From the NCBI RefSeq assembly GCF_964204645.1, contig NC_134030.1, positions 19,862,210-19,926,209 on the forward strand: DNA of 64,000 bases, in the 5' to 3' direction. Positions 12,200-24,423 of this stretch are shown here, piece after piece; the stretch's first letter is position 1, and the number at the start of each line of letters is the position of its first letter. A program made the translations under genes and the position numbers. The notes under the pieces were generated by a model. That model saw only the letters and a list, made by a program, of their open reading frames with translations, ran no database searches and was not told the origin of the DNA. Source of the stretch: Tubulanus polymorphus (taxonomy: Eukaryota; Animalia; Nemertea).

Positions 12200-13126
12200 T
12201 CGTTGAGTACAAAGGTTTATAACGGGATATACTCGTGGTGGTTTGGGAAATATATCCGATTATGAAACTGAACTAAAGGCCGACTGAACTGAAGGCCGTG
12301 TACTAAAAAGCTCGCACTGAATTTATAATTGTTACTGATTCTTCATATCTTGTAGTAGATTAGATTCAATAAAACTGCGAGTAAATAAATCAATTGTCGG
12401 GTTGTTGACTGTTTATAATTCATCGGTCAGAGTTTTCAAAGTGATCAGAAGTGCCATTCCATTTGAAATCTATTTTCGTAGTTCATTGATGCTTCGATTT
12501 TTTTTATAAACATCTGCAAACATCGTGCAATCTAAGATGTCTATAGATTATATCAGCAATAGGTGCCGAATATAAAGAGTAAATAAACTTGGCCCCAGAA
12601 CTGAACCTCGGGGACTTCCACATCGAAAATCAGCAATATTACTAACTTTACCGTTTGTAACAACTTTGTGTGTACATTCCTGAAGGTGCCTAAGATTTGA
12701 AATAATTCTGTTTTGAAGCTGATTAGCGGCCATGCGTCCAAGCATCTTTGTGGCTACAGGTAAGTAAGACAATGATCTATAATTATTCAATTAGTATAGA
12801 TTTAAAAGTTGTGGTTTTCATCAATTGCTCAACCGAGCATGATTTTTAATTCGTAGGTACAACACCGGTTTCCAAATGAGCAATTTATAATTCTAGTAAC
12901 GATTGGAACAGTAACACACTGTTTTAGAATTGGCGCGGGCAACTAAAGCATCTCCCTTATACTTCGCAAATCCACGACCCGCATCAAAATTGCTCGGAGC
13001 ACCACGGCAAAACTGATCATTAACGCGACTAATGGTCAGTAGCGTATGTTCCAAACGAGCGATGGAAATTCGCCTATTTCAAACTGGTCATTTATGTGTA
13101 AAATCCAAGCACTTAAGAGACACATG

Positions 13127-13497
13127 AGTAATAGGGATAATAGGCTTTCATACCAAAGGTCGAAGGGTCGAGCTCGTAAAAAATGAAAATAATAATAATT
13201 TACAGTTGAATTAGTCGCGCACACTCCTAATTCAACTGTAAATTATTATTATTTTCATTTTTTTACTCACACGCCCCTTCAACCTTTGATATGGAAGCCT
13301 ATTATCCCGATTACTCTCAAAATATTCATATATATGAATAACATTTAAATTGACAGATTATTCAATATAAAAGTATATATTTTTAACATTATTTCAATAT
13401 TCATATTTGTGTGAGTTAGATTTTTAAACATTAAAAGTGTTAGTAATGTGTGATTGAAATAATGCATATATAAATCATTGAGCTTCTAAAATCAATT
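13127..13497 (+). repeat. Left terminal inverted repeat (~370 bp); its first 189 bp are self-complementary
   Basis: Reverse complement of ~29982-30352 with roughly 15 differences by eye. Confidence 0.93.
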
Positions 13498-13627
13498 AAA
13501 AAAAAAAAATTATATTATAAATAAGAATAATGATATTTTAGGTGAAGATTATTTTGATAAAGATAATGATAAGAAACAGAAGACAATTAAAAGCATTAAA
13601 AATAAATTAAACAATAAAAGACCATAC

Positions 13628-16600
13628 ATGGAAGATGTAAGAAAATATATTAATTCATTGGATAATAAAACAGATATAGAGATAACCGGAGCATTTAAAA
13701 GTGATATTGGCCCAGCAGTTATCGAGTTTAAATTTCATAAAGGAAAAACATTAGGAGAAAATAAAAAACATTTAGAAAATATGAAAAATATTATAAAAAT
13801 AATAACTGATGTTGAATATCCTAAAATAAGTATATCTTCTAAAGTTAAATTCATAAAATCCGAAGATAAACCAATATATAATATAAATTCTCATTCACAA
13901 CATATTATATGTAAACAACATATAGATGGTAAATTAGATAAATGTTATAATGAAGTAAAAACTAAGATAGAAGAGAAATATTTTGAAGGGTCTGGTTTAA
14001 TATTTGATGAAATAATATTTATGACTTTACATGTTTATAACACAAAATATAATAAGTTAACTAAATCAAAACCAATTGATGAAAATAATGTATCATATTA
14101 TAAAGATGATAGTATAAATGGATCAAGTTATATCAAATTACCATTTAAAACTAATGCTGTAATAAATGTACAAAATTTTGATGATAAATGTTTTCTATGG
14201 ACAATTATAAGTTGCTTACATCCAACAGAAGATATTACACATAGTTTTAGATTAACAAATTATAAACCATTTGAAAATAATTATAAGATAGATAAGTATC
14301 CTGTTATAATTAAAAACATCCCAAAAATAGAAAGAGATAATAATTTAAGAATAAATGTATTTGATTTAATCAAATTACCAAATACAAAAGGTAACAACAT
14401 AAAACATTATACATTAGAACCTTTATATCTATCAAAAGATTATGATTCAAATGATGTTATAGATATATTATATTATGAGAATCATTATATGTGGATTAAA
14501 CAAATAGATTTATTCTTTAGAACAGAAAGTGATCACCATAATAAAATATATCTATGTAGAAAATGTTTACATAGATTCAGTAATGAAAGTACATTATTAA
14601 ATCATAAACAATTATGTGAAAATCATGATTATTGTAAATTAGTTTTACCAAATGAAAAGGATAAAATATTAGAATTCAAAAAATATGATTACAAAAATAA
14701 AGTTCCATTTGTTATATATGGAGATTTTGAATCATTAAATAAAGAATTAACTGATCAAGATAGAAAAGATATATATTATAAAAGAAAGAAATTAAATTCT
14801 AATGAAAATGATTATTCTGAAGAACCACCAAAAACAAATACTATTAAAAAGATTCATCAATCAGCTGCGGCTTTCGGGTTATATATTAAATCTGATTATC
14901 CAGAACTAATCGAAAGTGAATATTATCATTACTGAAATGAAAATGTTATCAATCATTTTTGTGACTTATTAATTCAATATGAAATAAGATTTAGTAAATT
15001 ATTGAATATAAATATAGAAATTATAATGACAGAAGAAGATAAAGAAGAATTTGCGTTTGCAGATAAATGTTATTATTGTGAAAAGATATTTAATTATAAA
15101 GATAAAAAAGTAAGAGACCATGATCATTTGAACGGAAAGTTTAGAGGCGCCGCACATGAGAATTGCAATTTACAAGCTTAGAAAATTAACTTTGTACCAG
15201 TTATATTTCATAATCTATCAGGATATGATGCACATTTATTCATCAAACAGTTATGTCATAAAATAGAAGAAATCAATAATGAAATAGAAATATTAAATTC
15301 AAATAGATCAAAAGATAAAATACCAACTTATAAATTTAGAATGTTAGCTAAAACATCTGAGAATTATGTATCATTCCAATTTGGGTGTCTAAGATTTATA
15401 GATTCATATAGATTTTTAAATAGTTCATTGGATAACTTATCAAAATCATTAGTTGATGATGAATTAAGAATATTAAAGCAACACTACCCAAATAATGATG
15501 ATTTTCAATTAATGAGATATAAAGGCGCAATTCCATATTCATTTTATAAAAATCATAATGATTTTAACATAACTGAATTATTGAAAGAACAGTTTTATGA
15601 TGAATTAAAAAATGAATATGTTAAAGATGAAGTATATAATAGAACATTGAATATTTGGAATCATTTCAAAATAGAAAATCATGGACAATTAGTAGATTTA
15701 TATCTAAAATCAGATGTATTATTGTTAACCGATATATTCGAAAGGTTTAGAGATGTAAACTAAAATATTTTAACATTGATCCTTGTCATTGTTATTCATC
15801 ACCAGGATTAACATGGGATTGTGGATTAAAATTTACAGATATAAAAATGGATTTGTTAACAGATATAGATCAATTATTATTATTTGAAAAATCTATAAGA
15901 GGAGGAGTTTCAGGTGTATTGGGCGATAGATATTTCAATGTAAATGATAACCCTGGATATAAGTTATTATATATAGATGCAAATAATTTGTATGGTTGGG
16001 CAATGATGGAACCACAACCTTATGGAGTATTTGAATTAACTGAAGTTTTACAGAATGAAAATAATGATAAATTTGATTGGAAGAAAAGAATTCTAGATAT
16101 TGCAGATGATTCAGATACTGGTTACTTCTTTGTTGTAGATTTAGAATATCCTGAACATATTAAATTTAAATCTAGAAATCTAGCTTACTGTCCAGAACAT
16201 AAAACTGTAACTCATGAAGAATTATCAAATTATCAAAAAAGAATTAAACCCGAAAATCATATTCATACAGAAAAGTTAATGGTAACTCAAGAAGATAAAT
16301 GTAATTATGTAGTACATTATAGAATGTTAAAGTTTTATCTAAAACAAGGAATGGTTCTAAAAAAAGTACATAGATATATTTCATTTAGTCAATCTAAATG
16401 GTTAGAAAAATATATAGATTTTAACACCAAACAGAGAACTAAGCTAAATCTGATTTCGAAAAAGATTTCTTCAAGTTAATGAATAATGCATTCTATGGTA
16501 AGACTTGAAACGTGAAAATATTAGAAATAGAAATGATATTGAGTTAGTTAGTAATGGTAAAAGAATTAGACATTTACAAACATATCCTAAGTTCATTGGT

Positions 16601-17525
16601 AACAGAATATTTGATGAAAATCTAGCTGTAATACTTCAACAAAAGACGAGATAGTTCCAGATTATGTAATAAATGCAAAATATGATTTAAGAAAATGGTT
16701 CTTCATTGGATTTTATGCTGCAGATGGTTCAAAAAACTATACAAAACAGAAAACTATATCTTTGGCACAAAAAGGAAAAGTTGCTATATCAGGATTAAAT
16801 ACATTATGCAATTCATTAGGATTTAATATGTTAGTTAATATTAGAAAGGATAAACTAAATGTATTTCAATTAACGCATGTAGAAAATGAACTAACTGAAG
16901 AAGCTAGAGATTTATTTGAAATAACCAATCCAACAGACTATGTTTATGATTTAACAACTGAAGATGGTACATTTAATTGTGGATTTCCATTAATCATAAA
17001 AAATACTGACAGTTACATATTAAAGATAAAAACTGATAACATAACTGATGATTTAAAAACATTAAAACATCATTTTGATTTTAGTAACTATCCTTAAGAT
17101 CATGAATTGTTTAGCAATGATAATAAAAAAGTTCCAGGGATGAATTAGGTGGCGAAGAAATGATTGAATTCATCGGTATTAGATCTAAAATGTATTCATA
17201 TAAAACTAAAGAACATGAAGCTAAAAAGTTAAAAGGAATAACCAAAAGTGTAGTAGAAAAGAATATTCATTTCAAAGATTACATCAATTGTATATTCAAT
17301 GAAGAAGTTAGAAAACATAAAATGAAATGTTTAAGATCTGAAGATCATGAAATGTATATTGAAGAGATAGAGAAGATAAGTCTAAACCCATTTGATGATA
17401 AAAGATATATTTTAGATGATGGAATTCATACAGTTGCTTATGGTTGTAATTTAGATGAATACTTAAAATTTAAAAGAGAAGAAACAAAAGAGAACGAGAT
17501 AATGAAAAGAATTCTAACGTGTTAA
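13628..17525 (+). pseudogene. polB: Protein-primed family B DNA polymerase (pPolB), broken by stops, frameshifts and a deletion; contains an intein remnant
   Basis: Exo motifs VIYGDFES, FHNLSGYDAH and YLKSDV; EndoVII-like RDHDHLNGKFRGAAHENCNL; motif A YIDANNLYGWAM; motif B KLMNNAFYGKT (~16474-16506); TDS at 17005; RSKMYSY, KKLKGI, PFDDKRY. Spread over ORFs 13628, 15341, 15847, 16762 and 17160. Confidence 0.95.
16651..17004 (+). mobile_element. C-terminal half of an intein with a LAGLIDADG endonuclease remnant, at pPolB motif C
   Basis: Frame reads IVPDYVINAKYDLRKWFFIGFYAADG (LAGLIDADG block E-like) ... DYVYDLTTEDGTFNCGFPLIIKN|TDS (blocks F/G, terminal Asn, +1 Thr). Confidence 0.85.
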
Positions 17526-17554
17526 TCAAATTTTAATAAAAATATGTATTATAA

Positions 17555-17908
17555 ATGGAGAGTAAACAAACGCACAGTGAGAACAACAAATTATTTCTAG
17601 ATAGAATAAAAGATACTACAAATGTAAAATCTGTAGATTATAAATTTAAGAAGTTAACAGAATTAACAATTCATAAGAAATATCTAATTAGAAATATTGA
17701 TACAGTTACTAACAAATATAGAGATAAATTAGTTATACACTTAGAATATGAAGGATTAAAAGGAAATACATATAAATTCAGAACATATTTACCGGATAGA
17801 TTTCATAGATTATCAAGTGAAGATTTAGAAGAATTATGTTCTGGAGATTTCTATTTCGTATACAAAGGTAAGAATGAAAAAGGGCACCATGAAATAGATT
17901 TCGAATAA
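17555..17908 (+). CDS. Small Polinton protein, possibly OB-fold/ssDNA-binding
   Basis: Intact ORF directly after polB with a TAAATG start; beta-rich pattern KKLTEL..KKYLI..V.NKY..KLVIHL..YLPDRF. Fold is inferred only. Confidence 0.5.
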   Translation: MESKQTHSENNKLFLDRIKDTTNVKSVDYKFKKLTELTIHKKYLIRNIDTVTNKYRDKLVIHLEYEGLKGNTYKFRTYLPDRFHRLSSEDLEELCSGDFYFVYKGKNEKGHHEIDFE

Positions 17909-17922
17909 AATATGTAAAATAA

Positions 17923-18681
17923 ATGGTAGAATTAAAAGAATACAGAATATTCGTTGATTCTAGAAAACTTACAAATTATAAATCTCATAATTTACTAGTA
18001 CAATTAGATAAGGAATATAAAAATTGTGTTGATTTAAAATTAGTTAATATAAGTTTATGTAATTCTTTTTATAATATAACGGATAAAACTATTGAAGATA
18101 ATACTTTTTTAATTCATATTGGAAATGTAAATCAATGGTTTCATATAATTTTAAAACCAGGATTATATAATTTAGAAACATTAGCTCAAGAAATTAATCG
18201 AAGAGCACGGTTGAAAATTAGAAGAGAAGATAAATTTTTAATTAGATTTATAAAAAGTGATAGCACAAATAAAATTAAAATAAAGGTATATGATGAAAGT
18301 CAACATGCATTTATGGTAAAAAAACCGTTAGCTAAATTGCTAGGAATTGCACCAGATACGGTTACAGGAAACGTAGATGGTAATTCAAATATAATACCTT
18401 TTACACACTTTTATATTTATTGCAATTTAATCGAGCCTACAAAAACTTTCGAAGCAACTAAAGAAACAATTTGTAGTTCTAGTATATTAAATATTTTACC
18501 GCTAAAAAATGTTAAACAATTTGGAACTCAAATAAATTATAATTTAACAGAATGTGATTTTAAACCTTGCATCCCTAAATTTAATAATTTTAAATTAGAA
18601 ATAAGAAATCACAATGGATATTTAATTGATTTGAATAATTTCCCTGTAATTTATGAATTAGTTATAAGATGTAAAGAGTAA
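17923..18681 (+). CDS. Minor capsid protein (penton, single jelly-roll)
   Basis: Motifs NSFYNI, PGLYNLETL..IN, LAKLLG, YIYCNLI, IRNHNGYLIDLNNFPVIYEL typical of Polinton/PLV pentons. Confidence 0.8.
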   Translation: MVELKEYRIFVDSRKLTNYKSHNLLVQLDKEYKNCVDLKLVNISLCNSFYNITDKTIEDNTFLIHIGNVNQWFHIILKPGLYNLETLAQEINRRARLKIRREDKFLIRFIKSDSTNKIKIKVYDESQHAFMVKKPLAKLLGIAPDTVTGNVDGNSNIIPFTHFYIYCNLIEPTKTFEATKETICSSSILNILPLKNVKQFGTQINYNLTECDFKPCIPKFNNFKLEIRNHNGYLIDLNNFPVIYELVIRCKE

Positions 18682-18697
18682 TTTTTCACCTATATAA

Positions 18698-19054
18698 ATG
18701 AATATAACTGTTGGGCCGAGCATATGTTTTGGGTTTGATTTTAAACGTGAGAAAGAAATGAAATTTAACGTTAATGATGTAATTGCACATATCAAAAATA
18801 TTACATTTTCTAATGAAACAGCATTTGAGTATGAAACAACAATAAATAAAGAAACTTTAAATGTAGAAAGGATTACTAATTTAATTAGAGAATCTTTAAG
18901 ATATTATGAATTAAATGAAGATTTTATCATCGATGATATTAAAAAAATTATAATTGAAATATATACAAATGAAACTAGTAATGAAATAAATGTTGAAATA
19001 ATTATAAATAAGATAACTAAATATTTTGATGATAGTAATTTTTTTGATAAATAA
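18698..19054 (+). CDS. Hypothetical Polinton protein
   Basis: Intact ORF with a TAAATG start in a tightly packed gene block. Confidence 0.6.
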   Translation: MNITVGPSICFGFDFKREKEMKFNVNDVIAHIKNITFSNETAFEYETTINKETLNVERITNLIRESLRYYELNEDFIIDDIKKIIIEIYTNETSNEINVEIIINKITKYFDDSNFFDK

Positions 19055-19276
19055 ATGAGTGATAATAAGTGGATAATAACTGGATTATATAATGGAGCAT
19101 TATTATCAGTTGGAACTGTTGGTTATTCAATGGTATTAAAAAAAGTATTCAAAATGGGGAGTGTTAATGTTGATAGATTTGATATAAATGATATTTTAAA
19201 ATTAACGTTAGCAGTTACTTTATCTAATTTAACTATTGATTATTTAGAAAAACAAAAATATATTCCTCCTATATAA
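19055..19276 (+). CDS. Small hydrophobic Polinton protein
   Basis: ATG abuts the previous stop (TAAATG); two hydrophobic stretches. Confidence 0.6.
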   Translation: MSDNKWIITGLYNGALLSVGTVGYSMVLKKVFKMGSVNVDRFDINDILKLTLAVTLSNLTIDYLEKQKYIPPI

Positions 19277-19300
19277 ATGCATAATTATTTTACTAAATAA

Positions 19301-19723
19301 ATGGCTTCTGCAGTTATAACTATTATAGGATCAGCAATTGTTAACGCTTTAGCATTTACTGGTGGTGGTTATTTATTTAAGCATATTGATAAAAATGGAT
19401 CATTAACAGAACAAAAAAGACATAACTTAGCATTAGAGAAATACAACAAAGCAGCAGAAGAATATAGAGAAAAGAGGCAAAACTATATGGATTATATTAA
19501 CAAGGAATTATATGATCAGAAGATTTCACATAGAGATTTTCAATCAGTTGATGATGCAATGAGTTTATATAGCGCAGTAACCAATAAAGAAAAATTACAT
19601 CTATACAAACCTAAATTATCAGATTATTATACCCCAAGTAATGAACAGAAGAAATATGAAATAATATGGATTTTAGGCGGAACTGTTATTGTTATATTTG
19701 TAGCATATAGATTTACTAATTAG
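19301..19723 (+). CDS. Polinton membrane/coiled-coil protein
   Basis: N-terminal hydrophobic helix (IIGSAIVNALAFTGGGYLF), helical middle, C-terminal TM. Confidence 0.7.
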   Translation: MASAVITIIGSAIVNALAFTGGGYLFKHIDKNGSLTEQKRHNLALEKYNKAAEEYREKRQNYMDYINKELYDQKISHRDFQSVDDAMSLYSAVTNKEKLHLYKPKLSDYYTPSNEQKKYEIIWILGGTVIVIFVAYRFTN

Positions 19724-19743
19724 TAATTTTTTTTGCTGAATAA

Positions 19744-20178
19744 ATGGATGATAAAGTTGATAATATTAATATTATTCCTCATGATATAAATAAAACTAAG
19801 TTAAAAACATATTTAGAAAAACAAATATTAGAATTTGAAAATGACTTAAAGAAAAAAAAGAAAAAATGTTTAAAATCTAAAATTATATATTATCTTATTA
19901 TCAGTGGTTCGGTTACAATTAGTTCTGTAATAACATTTCTCGCAATATTCAGTCCATTAACACCTTTAGCTATATCAATTGGTGTATTAGGATTAAGTTC
20001 AAGTGTTTTAACCGGTATAAGTTCAAAATTAAATATAAAAAGTAATAAAGAAAAAAATAAAACTAATATAAAAGAAATTAATAAATTAAAGAATACACTA
20101 GATTATATAATAAGTTTAAATGGTCATATAACAGTTGAAGAACAAGATAAATTATTAAAAGAATTAATAAATTATTAA
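19744..20178 (+). CDS. Two-TM Polinton protein
   Basis: Basic stretch followed by two hydrophobic helices. Confidence 0.65.
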   Translation: MDDKVDNINIIPHDINKTKLKTYLEKQILEFENDLKKKKKKCLKSKIIYYLIISGSVTISSVITFLAIFSPLTPLAISIGVLGLSSSVLTGISSKLNIKSNKEKNKTNIKEINKLKNTLDYIISLNGHITVEEQDKLLKELINY

Positions 20179-20194
20179 TTTTTTAATTATATAA

Positions 20195-21509
20195 ATGGCA
20201 GATAGTTTTCCAAAAGCTTTCCAATATAATAAATCAATTAAATATAATATTCCTGCAATAGATTTTAATAAAGATATTACATATAGAAATGAAGTTTTAA
20301 ATTCATTAATTGATTTATATATTTATGTTACTGAAAGTAAAAATTTTCATGTAAAGATGGAAAATATATTCAATGTTTATGAAATTAATTTCAAAAATTT
20401 AAATGAGGCAAAACAATGGTTATTAAAATCGAATATGAAGTATTGGCAGAACCAATTAAATTTTTCTGTTTATTGTGCAACAACAGGATGTGGAATTAGT
20501 TGGAATGATCATTTGAATAAACCAAGTTTACCATTGATGTTATCACTTTTTAGATTTCATACATATTTTCAAATAAAATTAATATTAGATGAATTAGAAT
20601 GTCCTTTACCAGGTTCAAAATATTTTAAAGAATTGAATAATAATATTAATTTTTCTAAGTTTTATAAAATATGTAATGAATTTAATATTAATTCAAATAA
20701 AGATTTTAGAGCAAAAATTGGAACAATGGGTGGATTAGGAATATTATATACTAAAGAATTTGGAAAAATAATGACAAATTCAGATATAAGAACACTAAAT
20801 TGGAATGAATTACCAAAATATTATAATAATATACAACAACAAAACAATAATGGTTGGGTTAATTTCATTTTAGAAAATAGTGAAGGTTTTACTAAAGCTG
20901 GAATACAAAGAATAAATCAATCTATTAGAACTTATTTTAGATGCGCAAGTTGAAACAAGATCCCCAATAATTGGAAATGATAACACTTCATTCGATGCGC
21001 AGAAACAATTTAAAGTATTATTTGAAGATTCCATTCATAATGATAAAAATAGATCGATTCCAGAAAACATTGTAAGATATCAAAATTATTTAGATAAATC
21101 ACATATTAGATTAAATTATTGTATAGGCCCTAATCTATTTATTATTTCTAATGATTTAGTATTAAAGATGGGAAATATAATTGGTTACAATAATCCAATT
21201 TAAACTGCAACAATAAATAATTCATTTGGATTAAATGATATAAATAAAAAGATTATTACTGCTCCAAAATTAATGGAAGGTGAAAAAAATAAAAAACACA
21301 TTCAATCAACAGAAACTAAAACTAAAAATATTAAATTAAATAATGATTCTAAAATAAAAGATTACAATACATCAGAACATATAAAAACTGATAATATTCA
21401 ACATGATATAATTAAAACTAATGATGATAATAAATCCCATGAAAATACTAAATTAGCTTTAACTTGTATAGGAATTGTAATCGGAGGAATATTATATTTT
21501 AAATTTTAA
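20195..21509 (+). pseudogene. Polinton hypothetical protein with C-terminal membrane anchor (frameshift and stop)
   Basis: ORF 20195 (WQNQLNFSVYCATTGCGIS..RFHTYFQ) continues in another frame (AQVETRSPIIG..AQKQF..IGYNN) into ORF 21273, ending LALTCIGIVIGGILYFKF. Confidence 0.65.
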
Positions 21510-21525
21510 TTTTTTTATTACGTAA

Positions 21526-23141
21526 ATGGCAGAAGGTGGAGAAGATATTCCATTGGGTCCTTTAGATGAAGCTGGTATAAGTGATGAACAACCACCTGAT
21601 TTTGATGAAACAAGTCTTAATGACGGTAATGATAATAAAATAGAATATAATACTAATCTAGGTGAAGATGATGATTATGATGATGATGATTCCGAATTAC
21701 GTGAAAAATTAATTAGATATTTAAAAGCTCCTGAAAGTGGTTGAATTTCAACTAGAAGAGAAAGAAAAGAATTTATGAATCTATTAGAAAAACAACAAGA
21801 AAAATATCCTGATAAACCTATGGATTTATATAAAATGAAATCTAGAGTAACAGATACAATTGTTAACGAATTATTACCAAAGTTGTAATACATGAAATTG
21901 ATTCAGAAGGTGTTGTAGAACAAATTTTAAAAGATGACCCATTTTTCATGAATGATTTAGAATTTAAAAATGATTCATGGTATTATAATCTTGAATTAAA
22001 TAGGAATATTGTAACAATTCAATTATCTAAAATGGGTCAAGAAAATATTTTTGAACCTGAAATGCGAGCAAGATCTACAATTCAACGTTCAAAAGGTGGC
22101 ACAGAATTTCTCAGAATTATATGGAATCCACTCGATAGAATAAATAAAGAAGAACCAATTCCTGATATTGATATAAACAAATATTCACCATTTAAAAATC
22201 CAAATCCAAATCCTACTGATGTTGATCCAGAAACATCGAGAAGAGATATTCAACAAATTGATAATGATTCAAGTCAATTACAATTAACATAAGAAAAAAA
22301 AATTGATAGATTAAGAGATTCAGAAGAAGAGATGAATAGTACTGGAATAAATCGAATGCAATCTTTACTAGAAAAAGGATTTCTTGATTTAACTGATGAA
22401 GAATTAAAAGAATTTCCTGAACAAGCACGTAGAGAAATTAAAGGTATGCAAGAATCATCTGATGAAATTGCTAATATTAAGATGAGATTTTCTAAAATAA
22501 CCATGTTAGAAAAAGAATTAACTAATGCAGATGAAGAATTAAAACAATTAGAATTAAATAGAGATCATCAAGTAATAGAGGAAGCTGATTATGAAAGCAG
22601 AAAGTTAGCTTTAGTAAAAGAAATAGATGATTTAGAATATAACAAAGAATTACAGGAAAAAGAAACATTATTTAAATCATATGATCTTAATCATATTAAA
22701 AAATTAAAAGTTATTTTTAAAGATTTGTTGATAAAACCAGATTCTAAAATATCATTGAAAGATACAATAAGATTATCATTTGAATTAGAAGGAATAACAA
22801 TTCTTTCAATTCTAACAGCTGTAACTATGTTATTTACAACAATTGGTTTAGCAATATCAAATGCTTTGAAATCTACTCCTACTCCAAATAAACCAGATAA
22901 ACCCCCAGGTAATAATTCTATACAAGATAAAGTTAAAGATGGTTTAAAAAAATTAGCAAAATATTTATGGGAACTATCTAAAAAATCTGCTGCAGCATTG
23001 CCAGGAGTTATTGCATCAATTGTTGGTTTTATATTGAAATCTGCAGGAAACATTATTAACTTTGCTGCTGAACATATTATTTCATTTTTAATTACAGTTG
23101 TAAGTGCAATTATTATTATTTGGGTTAGTAAACATGATTAA
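21526..23141 (+). pseudogene. Large Polinton protein with acidic N-terminus, coiled coil and C-terminal TM/amphipathic helices (fragmented)
   Basis: Collinear ORFs 21526, 21948 and 22332 separated by stops or frameshifts; a single TAAATG start at 21526. Confidence 0.6.
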
Positions 23142-23171
23142 AAATAAATAATTAATTTTTTTGTTAAATAA

Positions 23172-24391
23172 ATGAGTGGGAGTTACATCGATCCTTCTAA
23201 GAATCGTAGAATATCTAATGCTATTAAAGCAGAAAGATCACATCATATAATTACTCATAACCCTCCTAACATTAATCCTGATGAAACTTTATATTTTAGA
23301 ATTCCTCGATTAACACAAAATACTTTTTATGTTCCAAATAGTATTTATTTATCAGCCGATATAAAAGTAATCGGTAATAATAATAATTATAGTGTTGATA
23401 ATGTTGGAAGATATTTGATTAAAAAATTAACTATAAAGATTGGCCCAGAAACAGTTTTCTCATTAGATGATTATAATTTATTTATGCATTATAAAGATTT
23501 ATGGTTAACTAAAGAAAATAGAAATAATATGATATTTCAAGGAATCCAATCGGAAAACCAAAATAAATTAAGATCAGAAGCGCATAATGCAATATTAACT
23601 AATTCTATAGATAAATTGATAAAAAGTTTATATGGAAGCAAATATAAAATTCCATTAGACTTTGAATTGATAAATAATAATGCGCCTTTATATAAATACG
23701 CAATTCAGGAAGACCTTATATTCGAAATAACATTTGCTCCCGTTAATGAAATTGTAATATCTAGCGTTAATAAAGATATGAGTTATAAATTATCGAATAT
23801 ATGTTTAGAATATGATACAGTAACTGATGAAAATATTTCAAGTATAATTCAAACTAAATACAATCAAGGATTTTCATTATTATATGATTATATTGATAAA
23901 TTTAAAACTATAACTATTAATGCAAATGATGAAATTATTAATGAGAATATTAACTTCCCATGAAGATCTATTAAAGGTATATTAATATTTTTTACCATTG
24001 CAACATATACTAATGGTGCAATAAATGTTGATAATTATTATAATCCTGAAATAACAAAAGTAGAAATAACTATCGAAGGAATAGCAAATAAAATATTTTG
24101 TCAAGGAATGAGAATGATTGATCAATTGAAAAAGTAAAATCATCTGAAAATTGTTATATTAATCAAATTGATTTTTTTACCGGTAATAAATATGCATTAT
24201 GGTTAGATTTTAGAACAACAGAGGATAATTCATTACAAGGTTCTGGAAAAAAATTACAGAACACAAAAGATGGAATACAATTATTCATGACAAAGAATAA
24301 AGGAATCAAAAATTTTAAATTGCACATTTATATTATATCTGACGCGCAATTAGATATTGCAAATTCTCAATTAAATAGTGGTATGTATTAA
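23172..24391 (+). pseudogene. Major capsid protein (double jelly-roll), with internal stop and frameshift
   Basis: HNPPNINPDETLYFRIP, DNVGRYLIKKL, YKIPLDF, YKLSNICLEYD, then *RSIKGILIFF, YNPEITKVEITIEG, YALWLDFRT, LHIYIISDA; ~400 aa, beta-rich, in Polinton context. Confidence 0.78.
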
Positions 24392-24423
24392 AATTTTAAC
24401 TTTAATAAATATTTATATAATTA

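Noticed and set aside
14933-14935. Alternative genetic code (TGA read-through) in the Polinton
   Set aside because: TAA/TAG stops, frameshifts and deletions also break the same genes, so this is decay.
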